A stretch of DNA of 64,000 nt from assembly GCF_030028105.1 (NCBI RefSeq), contig NC_092374.1, positions 175,050,057 through 175,114,056 on the forward strand, read 5' to 3'. Positions 1 through 12,041 of the stretch are shown here, piece by piece (position 1 is the first letter of the stretch; each line of letters starts with the position of its first letter). A program made the translations under genes and the position numbers. The notes under the pieces were generated by a model. That model was not told where the DNA came from. It made no database searches and saw only the letters and a list, made by a program, of their open reading frames with translations. This DNA comes from Mobula birostris. Its lineage: Eukaryota.

Positions 1-410
1 ACAGAGAAACCTGGACAATACTCTTCTGGGCCGGACACAGGAGCAAGCCTTTCCCTCTCAGGTACAGAGTAACCGATCAAAAGACAGGCAGCTGGCGCTC
101 ACCCTCTGGTCTCGCTTCTGTGCTTCAATCGCCCTCACAGACCTCAGAGAGACAGAGAGTGACTTAACCCATCCGGCCCTGCTGAACATGTCGTGTTCCA
201 TGGACCCCACAACTCAGGTCATCCAGGAAACTGCAGCTGTCTCCAGTTGGGACTCACATGGCTCCTTGGGCGAGGGGTCAGTCGTGATGGAGACCCTGAT
301 TTACTCGGGGGTTCAGAGTTGTACCACGGGTCCCCCCCCCCCAGTTTTTCGGACCCTGATCATGGGGTTCGGGGTCTCGAGGCCTCCCTGACTCTCTGCT
401 CCAATTCCAG

Positions 411-671
411 GCTCTCACTCTCTCCGTTATTTCTACACGGCGGTGACCCCGGTGCCAGAGGTCCCCGAGTTTGTGGTGGTCGGGTACGTGGACGAGGAGC
501 AGATTGTTTACCACGACAGTGTGCTGGGGCAGACGGTGCCCCGGCGGGGGTGGATGGCGGAGAGCCAGGACCCCGACTACTGGGAGCGTGAGACGCAGAA
601 CCTGCGGGGCAACGAGCCGGGCTTCAAGGCTGACATCCAGACACTGCAGAAGCGAACCAACCAGACGGGCG
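411..671 (+). CDS. MHC class I heavy chain, alpha1 exon (GSHSLRYFYTAVTPVPEVPEFVVVGYVD...DPDYWERETQ...LQKRTNQTG)
   Basis: Acceptor ttccag at 405-410 and donor gtgagt at 672; 261 nt, phase 1/1. Canonical class I alpha1 motifs are present, including Y7, Y59, R84 and the N86 glycosylation sequon NQT. Confidence 0.96.
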
Positions 672-812
672 GTGAGTGGGACACCAGGTGGGGGCAGAGT
701 GGGTGTGGAGATGTGTCAGGTGGCGGATGAGCGAGGGAGGAACAGCACTTGTGGGAAAAGGGGACGGTTCCCACCCCACTCTCAGCCCACACTGATGGAC
801 GGTGTGTTCCAG

Positions 813-1085
813 GGATCCACACTATCCAGTTGATGTACGGTTGTGAGCTCCATGACGACGGGACCACCGCTGGGTTCATGCAGTACGGCTGGGACGGGTC
901 AGACCTGATCAGCTTCGACAAGGACCGGATGGTGTGGGTGACCCCTGTGCCCTGGGGTGTCATCACCAAGGACAAGTGGGACCAGAACACGGCCAGGAAC
1001 CAGCAGTTCAAGGGATACCTAGAGCAGACCTGCGTCGAGTGGCTGAAGAAGTACGTTCAAGATGGGGGGAGTCACCTGGAGCCCA
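813..1085 (+). CDS. MHC class I alpha2 exon (GIHTIQLMYGCEL...WDGSDLISFDK...ITKDKWD...GYLEQTCVEWLKKY)
   Basis: Acceptor gttccag, donor gtaagt at 1086; 273 nt. Cys101/Cys164 pair, T143, K146, W147, Y159 and Y171 are present. Confidence 0.96.
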
Positions 1086-1260
1086 GTAAGTGGTGGTGGC
1101 GTCCGGTGTGTGTCTGTGGGGTGGGGGTGGAATGGTGGGTTGGCGTGTGCTGGGAGTTTTCCGTGTGTGTTATGCATGTCTGGGGGGTAGGGTCAGTATG
1201 TGAGTGGAGGGATCAGTGTTTTTACGCGAGTACCCCCCGCACTGTCTCCTCTCACTGCAG

Positions 1261-1524
1261 ATCCCCCCGAAGTCTCCTTTATCACCTCGCTGGATAACCG
1301 CCACCTCTCCTGTGTGGCCACTGGCTTCTACCCTCAGTCCATCGACGTGACTATTCTGCGGGACGGCCGGATCCTGGAGGAGACCCATTCCCACGAGATC
1401 CTCCCCAATCACGACAACACCTACCAGCTGACCAGGACGGTGCGGGTGGAGCCCACGGACACAGGAAAGTTCTCCTGTCGGGTGGAACACCGGGGTCTCC
1501 CCAAGCCCCTCATCCTGTTCCTGG
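1261..1524 (+). CDS. MHC class I alpha3 exon, C1-set Ig domain (PPEVSF...LSCVATGFYPQSI...ILPNHDNTYQL...FSCRVEH)
   Basis: Acceptor ctcactgcag at 1251-1260, donor gtaaga at 1525. C1-set motifs CxxxGFYP, LPNxDxTYQ and FxCxVxH are present. Confidence 0.95.
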
Positions 1525-1786
1525 GTAAGAGACACTCACCGGTGGGGCGGTACAGAGGCAGGGAGAGAGAGGGAGCACTGGTGACCACTGGCCTTGGTGT
1601 GGATAGAGGGAGGGGGGTCAGAGGTGCTAAGACAGGATGATGGGCCTTGAATAGGATGAAAAGACCGGGGAAGTCAGTCTCCCTCTGTTGGACAGAAGGG
1701 TGTAAGGTGGGGGAAAGTTGGTGTGGAAACAGACTGGGAATCTTGGTCCCTGTGCCTAACCGACTGTTTCTCTGAAACTTGGCCAG

Positions 1787-1894
1787 TTCTGAAGTCCAGC
1801 TATATACCTCTCATGGTCATTGCCGTGCTCGTGGTCCTGGTGATCCTGGTCGTCTTCGCTGACGTTGTGAGTTATCCCTTCTACAAGAAGAAAG
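1787..1894 (+). CDS. MHC class I connecting peptide/transmembrane exon (VLKSSYIPLMVIAVLVVLVILVVFADVVSYPFYKKK)
   Basis: Acceptor ggccag at 1781-1786, donor gtagga at 1895. A hydrophobic stretch is followed by a KKK stop-transfer motif, and phase matches alpha3. Confidence 0.88.
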
Positions 1895-2980
1895 GTAGGA
1901 CTGGAGGGAGATGTACTGTTCCCCAGGGGAAGTGAGTTTGGGAAGGAGAATGTCGTCTCGGCACTCCAGCCTCTCTACTCAAAAGGATGCCCTGTCCTCA
2001 GACCCTCCCCCTCCTCGCCCATCCCATACCCTTACTATTGCTGACCACCTTCCCTTTCGCTGATATAATGACATCTGTGTTACCCCTACCACTCTGCTCT
2101 CCCTCTCCTTCCCCCTGACTGTCGGGTCGGTCAAACCGTTATCCATCTTCCCCCAGTCTTATAGAGAAGTACAGCACAGAAAACAGGCCCTTTGCCGAGC
2201 CATTTAAATTGCTTACTTCCATTGAGCTGCATCGAGACTATTGCCCTCCATACCCCTTCAATCCATGCCCTAACCTCTCATAAAAATTGAACTCAGGCTC
2301 ACATGCACCACTTGTGATGGTAGCTTGTTCCACACTCTTAACGTCCCACTGAGCGAAGAAGTTGCCACTCGTATTCTGCTTAAACTTTTCACCCTTAACC
2401 TATGACCTCTAGCTGCCATCCCAACCAACCTCAGTGGAAAAAGCCAGATTGCATTTACCCTCTCTATACCACTCATAATGTTGTATAACAAAAGCTTTCT
2501 TTATGACCCTATCTACATGTGATGCCACTTTCAATGAATTATGGACCGGTATTCCCAGATCCCTTTACCGTTCACTGTGTAAAACCTACCCTGGTTCGTC
2601 CTGCTGAAGCACAACACCTCTCACTTGTCTGAATAAACTTCCATGGGCCATTTATCAGCACATATTTTCAGCTGGTCCCTATCCCGCAGCAAGCCATGTT
2701 AGTCTTTCTCGCTGTCCAGTCCACCACCAATCTTAGTGTCATCTGCAAATTTGCAGATCCAGTTAACCACATTATCATCCAGATCGTTGATATAGATGAC
2801 AAACAACAGTGAACCCAGCACCAATCCCTGCAGCACTCCACTATGCACAAGCCTCCAGTCAGAGAGGCAACCATCTACTACCACTCTCTGGCTTCTTCCA
2901 CAAAGCCAATGTCCAATCCAATTTACATCAAAGTTGCTGGTGAATGCAGCAGGCCAGGCAGCATCTCCAGGAAGAGGTAC

Positions 2981-3016
2981 AGTCGATGTTTCAGGCTGAG
3001 ACCCTTCGTCAGGACT
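2981..3016 (-). ncRNA. Second (antisense) hammerhead motif in the other PLE terminal repeat
   Basis: Reverse complement AGTC-CTGACGA-AGGGTCTCAGCCT-GAAAC-ATC-GACT, with one stem III change (GTC>ATC). Confidence 0.55.
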
Positions 3017-3654
3017 AACTGAAAGAAGAGCTAGTAAGAGATTTGAAACTGGGAGGAGGAGGGGGAGGGGGAGATCCAAAATGATAGGAGAAGACAGGAG
3101 GGGGAGGGATGGAGCCAAGAGCTGGACAGGTGATTGGCAAAGGGGATATGAGAGGATCATGGGACAGGAGGTCCGGGGAGAAAGAAAGTGGGAGGGGGGA
3201 AAAATCCAGAGGATGGCAAGGGGTATAGTCAGAGGGACAGAGGGAGAAAAAAGGAGAGAGAGAGGGAAAGAATGTGTGCATATAAATAAATAACGGATGG
3301 GGTACGAGGGGGAGGTGGGGCATTAGCGGAAGTTAGAGATGTCAATGTTCATGCCATCAGGTTGGAGGCTACCCAGACGGAATATAAGGTGTTGTTCCTC
3401 CAACCTGAGTGTGGCTTCATCTTTACAGTAGAGGAGGCCGTGGATAGACATGTCAGAATGGGAATGGGATGTGGAATTAAAATGTGTGGCCACTGGGAGA
3501 TCCTGCTTTCTCTGGCGGACGGAGTGTAGTGTTCAGCAAAACGACCTCCCAGTCTGCGTCGGGTCTCGCCAATATATAGAAGGGCCACATCAGGAGCACC
3601 GGACGCAGTATATCTCCCCCTCCCCCTCCCACTTTCAAATCTCTTCCTTCAGTT

Positions 3655-3690
3655 AGTCCTGACGAAGGGCCTCAGCCTGAAATGTCGACT
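3655..3690 (+). ncRNA. Minimal type I hammerhead ribozyme motif in the PLE pLTR
   Basis: AGTC-CTGACGA-AGGGCCTCAGCCT-GAAA-T-GTC-GACT. It has the CUGANGA and GAAA core, stem I AGTC/GACT, and a GUC cleavage triplet. Confidence 0.65.
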
Positions 3691-4173
3691 GTACCTCTTC
3701 CTAGAGATGCTGCCTGGCCTACTGCATTCACCAGCAACTTTGATGTGTGTTGCTTGAATTTCCAGCATCTGTAGAATTCCTCGTGTTTGCATGTCTAATC
3801 CAATTTACCACCTCGTTATGAATACTGAGCGACTGACTTTCCTGACCAGCCTTACCTCGTCACGTGCTGTGTTAAGGTCCACGTAGGCAACCTCTATTGC
3901 CTTTACTTCATCAACCTTCCTGGTAGCCTCCTCAAAAAACTCTGGGATCGGTCAGACATGACCTACCATGCACAAAGCCATGCTAACTAACCTTAATCAG
4001 TTTACGTCTATCAAAATACTCATATATCCAGTCTGTTAGAATACCTTCCAATAACTTTCCCACGACTGATGTCAGGCTCATCAGTCTATAATTTTAGAGC
4101 CTTTCTTAAACAGTGGAAAAACACTGGCTATCCTGCAATCCTCTGATACCTCACCTGTCACTAAGGATGTTTT

Positions 4174-7100
4174 TTTCTCTTTTTTCAATATTTTATTGAT
4201 ATTATATAAATTGCATGAATGCAAATACAAAATTCATAAGGATACAAGTAAATAATACAAATTACATTACATTTAAATCACAGTAATATGATCACAGTAT
4301 CCCATATTCCAAACCAATCATGTAGAAAAAAACATTGAATTATGAAATGAAAGAAAATAAAATAATTGTATTTTATTTAAAAGAAAATCTACCCCCACTA
4401 CCAAAATGAGCTGGTAGGTAAAAAAAAGAAAAAAGAAGAATACCTTACCATATGATATTATAATAATAATGGCTCAGATCCATACTTTATTAACAGTTAG
4501 GTCACCCTCCTGGCCATAAATTAGATGGCTTCAATTTTGTAGCACTATCCTCAACAATACCAAACAGGGCAGTCAAAGGATTGGGCCTAAAGCTGACATT
4601 GAAAAGAGCAGAAAAAGTTTGAAATACATCTTTCCAGAATTTCTCAAGGCTCGGACATGTCCAAAAGATATGAATTAGTGTGGCCACTCCATTAGTACAT
4701 CTATCACAGTAAGGAGAAATATCTGCATAGAAACAGGAGAGCTTGTCTTTAGACAAATGAACTCTATGTACCACGTTGAATTGTAATAAAGAATGATGAG
4801 CACATAATGATGAAGAATTAATCAATTTTAAAATAATCTTCCAGCTCTGTTCAATATGAAAATCTGTAAATCCTTTTCCTAGTCTCCTTTAATTTTATCC
4901 AAAGACGCCTTTTTCAGTCCCAACAGTAGACCATAAATGTAAGATATTGAACTGTTAAAGGGTTTCAGATTAAAAATTGTACCTATTATATTCTTATCTG
5001 GACTTGTAGGAAATGTATGTAACTGAGATCTTAAAAAAATCTCTAATCTGTAAGTAGTGAAAAAAGTGGGTATTGGAAAGGTTGAATGTCACTGAAAGTT
5101 GCACAAGAGAAGAGAGATTCCCCCCATCAAACAAATCCTGAAATCATTTAATACCCAATCTATCCCATTCTTTAAAAGGTAAGTCAATTAAAGATGGTTT
5201 TAAGAAAACAATTAGAAAATTTGGGACTTGAGAGGGAGAATCTCAATAAACCAAAATGTTTTCTAAACTGTAACCACCACATTTTCAGTTTGTTTATTTA
5301 AAGATAAAGGAAGCGAGGATCCAAGTAAAGAAATAATGGAAAATTTTATAACAGAGTTGACTTCCAAAGAAACCCATATAGGGCAAAACTCATGGTTAAT
5401 GTAAAATATCCAGAACGTAATATTTCATATATTAACTGCCCAATAATGTAACCTAAAACTGGGTAAGGCAAATCCTCCGTTCTGTTTGTTTTTTTGAAGG
5501 AGAGCTTTATTTTTTTGAGGTTTTTTATTCTTCCATATATAGGAAGAAAGAATTGAATCCAAAGAGTCAAAAAAAGATTTAGGAATTAAAACAGGCACAG
5601 CTTGTAAAAGGTATATAAATTTAGGTAAGATATCCATTTTAATAGAATTGATTCAGCCAATCAGTGATAAAGAGAGAGGCGACCAATTAGAAAGTGCTTT
5701 TTAACATAATTCAATAAACTTAAAAATTTTTCCTTAAATAAATCTTTATAATTCTTAGTAATTGTTACTCCTAAATATGTAAATTGTTTTCTTAAAATTT
5801 AAAAGGAAGGTTAATATCAGTTGGTATTCAATTGTTTAAAGGACCCAGTTCATTCTTCTGTAAATTTAATTTATATCCTGAGAACGGACTAAAATTAGTC
5901 AATAAACGGAACACAAATGGTAAGGAGGTTGTAACATTAGATATAAAAAGCAATAAGTCATCAGCATAGAGTGACACAATAGTACCTCTCCTTAAAATAC
6001 CAGTGATCTCTTTAGACTCTCGAAAAGCAATTGCAAAGGATTCTAATACCAAATCAAAAAGTAGAGGGCTCAAAGGGCAACCTTGTCTAGTTCCACATTG
6101 GAGTTTAAAGGGTTTAGAATTCTGAAAATTAGTAAGAACCCGAGTGGAGGGAGATAGATAAAGTAATTTAATCCAAAGAATAAAATTAGGTCCAAAATTA
6201 AATTTTTCCAAGGATGTAAATAGATAGTTCCATTCAACTCTGTCATAAGCCTTCTCCGCATCCAAAGATATCACACATTCCGATATTTCCTTAGATGGAG
6301 AGTACATAACATTTAACAAATGCCGTATATTAAAATGGGAATATCAATTTTTAATAAATCCTATCTGATCATCTGATACTATAGAAGATACAATATTTTC
6401 AAGTCTGCGAGCCAAAATTTTAGATAAAATTTTAGTATCAAAATTGAGTAAAGAGATAGGTCTATACAAAGAACATTCAGTAGGATTCTTATTCTTTTTG
6501 AGAATGAGCAAAATGGAAGTTTCGTAAAAAGACTGCGGTAATCTTCCTACCTTAAAGGAATCTGTAAGGGTAGAACATAAGTGTGGTATAAGCAAGGAGG
6601 AAAAAGCTTTATAAAGCTCTCCAGAGAATCTATCGGTCTTGGGGATTTCCCAGACTGCAACTTTCAAATAGCCTAGGCTATTTCCTCCTGGGAAGTTGGT
6701 TGATCCAATTGCCTATGATCATCTATCGAAAGAGTAGGAATATTTAATTGGTCTAAAAAATTATTCATTGCAATATTATCATTAACAGAGTCAGAACTAT
6801 ACAATTCAAAATAAAATTCCCTAAAAGTGTTATTAATTTCAAGGTGGTCAGTTGTCATGTCCCCATTAATTTTACGTATTTCTTTAATTTACCGCTTGGC
6901 TATAAATGGCTTCAATTGATTAGCAAGTAACTTACCAGTTTTATCTCCGTGAATAGAAAATTGACTTCTATCTTTTAAAAGTTGGCTTTCAATTGGATAC
7001 CTTAAAAGAATATCATATTTAGTTTTAGTTTCAATATGTCTCTTATGTGTTTCAGGATCGGGTACCGAAGTATATTTATGGTCCAGTTGTTTTAACTGAT

Positions 7101-9457
7101 TGGCTAGTTCATTTCTCATTTTGTTAGCTTTTTTAATGATGTTTGCAATATAAGAAATAATTTGACCCCGGATGTATGCTTTAAAAGTATCTCATGTAAT
7201 AAGACTAGACTTCCTTTCCAACGTATTTTCTTCAAAAAAAAAGAGTAATTTAATTCTCCATAAATTTTAAAAAGGCCTCATCAGATAACAGAGTTAAATT
7301 AAATTGCCAAAATCTACTCATAGGGATAGGACCAGGAAGATTTAAAGATAGAAGTACAGGAGAGTGGTCAGAAATAGCAATCTCTTTATATTCGATCGAT
7401 TGAACAAATGGAATCATTTGACTATCAATAAAAAAAATGATCAATCCTGGTATAAGAATGATGAACATGAGAGAAAAAAGAATACACCCTGTCCGTCGGA
7501 TGGAGAAAACGCCAGGCATCAACTGTACCACATTTAGTTAGAAAGGATTGGATAAACAAAGCAGATTTATTAAATGTGGCTGGTTTAATAGATGAGCGAT
7601 CTAATACTGGATCTGACCAGCAGCTGAAATCTCTTCCCATCACAAGGGAGTAAGTACACAAATCTGGCAAAAATGAAAATAGACGTTCAAAAAATCCTGG
7701 ATTGTCTACGTTGGGGGCATATACATTAGCAAAAACAATCAATTTACTGTTGAAACTCCCTGATACAATAACAAATCGACCATTAGGGTCTGAAACAACT
7801 TTATGCTGAACAAAGGAAACTGTATTATCTACAAAAATCGAAACTCCACGTGATCTTGCATTAAACGAAGAATGGAATTGCATACTCTTCCACCGAGTAA
7901 AAAAACGTAAGCTATCACAGCTGCGTATGTGCGTTTCTTCTAAGAAAATAATGGGTGCTTTTAATTTTTTAATATAAGCAAACACTTTGTTCCGTTTAAT
8001 GGGGTGATTCAGCCCTTTCACATTCAAACTAAATAAGGTAATATTTCGCACCATTTTAAATACCAATCAACATGTAATTAAAAGATCTGGCCATAAGTTA
8101 TGAAAACTAGAAAACAAACCGTAAGGTAAGGCATTCAAACAAGTAATCATATAATCAACCCAACACAGCTCCCAGAGAGAAATAGGCCCTACCCCTTCCC
8201 CCAGCCGAAGTGAGAAAGCTGACCAATAGGCAGTCAGCGAGCTAAGAACCAAGTTCCCTCCCCAAAAAATCCTGTTGACAAAAACTCCGGTCCTGCAAGG
8301 TCATTATGTCCCTACCAAGACACAACATAAAAAGAAAAAATAACTCAGTATTCGAAAATATAAAAGGATCAGTTTAAACAAATTCAAAGAGAGCTGTATT
8401 AAAATAAAGCCTCAAAAAGGGATAAAATAAAGAAGTATCAAAAGAAAGTACAACAAAAGACAATATATGAACAGCCAAAACGTAAGCTTAATGAAACCTT
8501 ATTTCAAATTCATATTAACAGAAGAAAAAATTGATCAAATAAGAAATATAACAGTTTTAGACTTCATCCTTCAGAAACGCTTTTTCTTCTTCAACTGACC
8601 TTATTCTTTTTTGCAATCCGTTCTTCAAAACAATACTCAGGCGGGCAGGAATCTGAAGGGATAGTTTAATATCCTTTATTATAAAATTCCGACATAACTT
8701 CTTTATACTTATGCGATCAGCCATAATTTCAGGCGAGCAGTCTTCCACAAATCTAACCTTGTAACTTTGGAAATCGATCATTCCTTGTCGACGGGTATGG
8801 TGAATTAAAAGACCCTTAATACAAAATTCATGAAAGCTTAGAATTACCGATCTGGGTCTTGCCGCCGCCGACAATGGCTTCGAAGTCGGTGAGTGATAAG
8901 CTCGATCGAGCTTCGGCTCAGAACTGAATAAAGCAGGGAATAGCTGTTTCAGAAAGTTTGCAAAAAACTTCGTAGGGTCAGCGCCTTCAATTAATTCTTC
9001 AAGACCCAGAATTCACAAGTTATTTCTCCTGTTTCCATTTTCTAGACTGATGATCCTTTTCATCATTTTGTCATTGGATAGATAACATTTTTCAGAGTTT
9101 AATTGTATCGTCAACATCCTCTTCAAGTGTCACCAGCTTCGCAGTATTTTCCTGAATTCGGTTCTCATGCTCAGATAAAGTTTGTTTAATTTTAACCAAT
9201 TTGCCGTTAAGTCGTTGAAACTCCTCAGAAAATTCCAATTTTTGCCGTTTAAGGAAGTCACTGATTGAATCCAAAGTGACTGGGGATTCATCTTCTGTTT
9301 CCCTTTCTTTTGCAGAAGCTTTTGTTCTATTCCCAGCCATAGCAAAGCAGTATTAAAGTATTATAATAAAGTTTCAAAAAAAAAGACTGGTCGGAGACAA
9401 TTAAGTAAACAGGGTAGGAACAGATGGTACTCCATCAGCTGCCAACAGGGCTCTGTG
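4174..9457 (-). mobile_element. Full-length but decayed L1 LINE (ORF1 about 9340-8557, ORF2 about 8066-4420)
   Basis: APE motifs (SLNVKGLN, EETH, NVYAPN, TRIDHF), RT motifs (SLDAEKAYDR, GTRQGCPLSP, LYADD) and C-terminal CDRC..ATLIHIFWTC. PolyA at about 4170 and 10-bp TSD AGGATGTTTT at 4164-4173 and 9458-9467. Many stops and frameshifts. Confidence 0.93.
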
Positions 9458-9785
9458 AGGATGTTTTAAATCTCTGTGCTAGCATCCCGGCAAATTCTGC
9501 AGTTGCCTCCTACAGGGACTGAGGGAACACATTGTCAAGCCCAGGGGATTTATCCACCCTAATTTGCCTCAAAACAGCAAACATCTCCTCCTCTGTAATC
9601 TGTATAGGGTCCATGAAGTTGATGCCATATTGTCTTCTAGAGACTCTGCGTTTATCTCCTGAGTAAATGCAGATGCAAAAAAATTATTTAAGATCTCCCT
9701 CATCTGCTTTGGCACCACATATGGATTACCATTGTGATCTTACAGAATTTTGTCTCTTGCAATCCTTTTACTCTTAACATATCTT

Positions 9786-10110
9786 TATACTTTATGTTTT
9801 ATAGTCGCTAAACAATTGATACTAGAACATACAATCATCATAGCGATATTTGATTCTGCACTTCCCACTCCCTGGATTACAAATCTATAGTAAATATTAA
9901 AAATTTAAATTATAAATCATAAATAGAAAAATGGAAAGTAAGGTAGTGCAAAAAAACCGAGATGCAGGTCTGGATATTTGGAGGGTATGTCCCAGATCCG
10001 GGTCAGGATCCGTTCAGCAGTCTTATCACAGTTGGAAAGAAGCTGTTCCCAAATCTGGCTGTACGAGTCTTCAAGCTCCTGAGCCTTCTCCCGGAGGGAA
10101 GAGGGATGTA
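9786..10110 (-). mobile_element. 3' fragment of a Rex1/Babar-type LINE, same family as 47190-48320
   Basis: Close match to the 3' UTR at 47190-47510 (aaacaattgatactaga...cccagatccgggtc). Confidence 0.75.
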
Positions 10111-11964
10111 GGATCTGTAGAATCCCTTGGGATTCTCCTTCACCTTGTCTGCTAAGGCAACCTCACACATTCTTTTAGCCCTCCTGATTTCTTTCTTAAG
10201 TGCTCTCTTCCATTTCCTGTATTCCAAAGGCACCTCTTTTGTTCCCACCTGCCTATATCTGCTCTGCACCTCCTTTTTCTTTCTTAACCAGAGCCTCAAT
10301 ATCTCTTGAAAACCAAGGGTCCCTGCACTGGTTATCTTTACCTTTTATTCTGACGGGCACATACAAGCTTTGTATTCTCAAAATTTCACTTTTGAAGTAC
10401 ATCTTTGCAGAAAACAGCCTGTTCCAATCCACATTTGCCAGATCCTTTCTGATACCATCAAAATTGGCCTTACCCCAATTTAGAATCTCAACCTGTGGGC
10501 CAGACCTATCTTTTTGCATACTTACTTTGAAACTAATGGCACTGTGATCACTAGATGCAAAGTATTCCCCTACACGAACTTTTGTCACCTGCCCTGTCTC
10601 ATTCCCCAATAGCAGATCAAGTATCACACAGTTGATTATTGGGACTTCTATGTACTGATTAAGGAAGCTTTCCCAAACACGTTTGACAAACTCTATCCTA
10701 TCTAGTCCTCTTAAACTATGGGATTCCCAGTCAATATGTGGAAAGTTAAAATAACCTACTGTAACAATCTTGTGTTTCTTGCAACAGTCTGCAGTCTCTC
10801 TACAAATTTGTTCCATCGGACTGTTGGGTGGTCTGTAATATAGCCTCATTTATGCGATCATACTTTTCTTATTTCTCAGTACCACCCATAATTCCTCACT
10901 AGTCGAGTTCTCTGGTCTGTCCTGACTGAGCACTATCATGACATTTCCCCGAACAATAACACGACCCCTTCTCCTTTAAACCCTCCCACTGTCATGCCCA
11001 AAATCAACAGAACACCAGAAAACTGAGCTGCCAGTCCAGCCTCTCCTGTAACCAAGTCTCATTAATGGCTACAATATTATAATTGTGTCGCCCCATGCCC
11101 TGAGTTCATCCGCCTTTCCCATGATACTCCTTGTGTTGGAATATACAAGTTTACAACTCAGGACATTAGTTGCACCATGCTCAGCCTTTTGATTCCTGAC
11201 TTTGTCTGAGATCTTAGCGGCATCTGATTCCCATCCCCCTGCAATTCTAGTTTAAAACCCTCTCATCCCCTATCCCTGTGCAACACCAGCAAACCTTCCC
11301 ACTAGGATATTAGCCCCCTTCCAGTTCAGGTGCAAACTGGCTCTTTTGTGCAGGTCCCACCTTCCCTAGAACCTGTCTCTCTCTTCCCCAGTACTGACTC
11401 TCTAACCAAGAGTCATATGGTACAGTATGAAGCCCTTGTCCCCTGCTGTCCAGACTGATCCCATTTTGTATCTCTCTGTACATTGGTAATTAAGTGCCTC
11501 TCTAGATCCAACTTCAATGATATGAGGGTTTCCACCATCCCCTCACACAGTGTGTTCCAGCCTCCTTCTGGGGAAAACCTTTCCTCAGGTTGTTTCAGGT
11601 TCACTTGCTCCTCGTTTATAGACCTCTGCCCTAGGGAAATGGTTTCTCCTCCCTGCCTCATCTGTGCTTCTCATCCTTGTGTATATTCCCACCTGGTGGA
11701 CCTGATGGGGACAGTATCCGAGTAAATGGTCACTCCGGACTTCCCCCCTTCCCACCCGGTCACCCGCCAGCTTTGTTCGGTCTTTTACGGAGAGATGTCT
11801 CATGGTGTTGCAGTGGGCTGGGAAAGTTAATGCTTTCCCAACTTGTATCTGGACTATGGTTTGAATGGGGTTCAGAGCCCACTGGGTGTATCCGGTATTG
11901 AGCACATAAGGTTATATGCTCGGGACAAGGGAGCCTTCTCACTGACTGTCTCTGTAGTTTACAG

Positions 11965-11994
11965 AGGGGGAGAGCGGCAACAATCCCATCAGAA
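11965..11994 (+). CDS. MHC class I first cytoplasmic micro-exon (EGESGNNPIR)
   Basis: 30-nt exon between the acceptor tctgtagtttacag and a perfect donor gtaagt at 11995. It is phase 1/1, keeps the frame, and has the size and position of class I exon 6. Confidence 0.7.
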
Positions 11995-12041
11995 GTAAGT
12001 TCACTATAAAACACGTCTGGATGGTCGTGTTGCAGTAGTTA

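Larger units (their letters stand above)
2927..3790 (-). mobile_element. 5'-truncated Penelope-like element (GIY-YIG endonuclease C-terminus) with inverted terminal pLTR
   Basis: Peptide LLYIGETRRRLGGRFAEH. Inverted repeat of about 140 bp (about 2925-3075 vs 3612-3748). Flanking 18-bp duplication atgtc(c/t)aatccaatttac at 2909-2926 and 3791-3808. Confidence 0.85.
2160..11330 (-). mobile_element. CR1-clade LINE (ORF2 EN+RT+3' end) in four pieces: about 2160-2926, 3791-4163, 9468-9780 and 10110-11330
   Basis: Minus-strand peptides LFVIYINDLD..KFADDTKIGG, YRPPNS..VGYFNFPHIDWE and RGH.LRV..VWNKLP. The pieces rejoin across the later insertions. Confidence 0.85.

Noticed and set aside
188-391. Class I leader exon (e.g. 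METLIYSGVQSCTT from the ATG at about 287, or an exon ending at the donor at 62)
   Set aside because: Neither candidate is hydrophobic and the donor after the first (GTCCCC) is poor. The leader is probably upstream of the window or degenerate.
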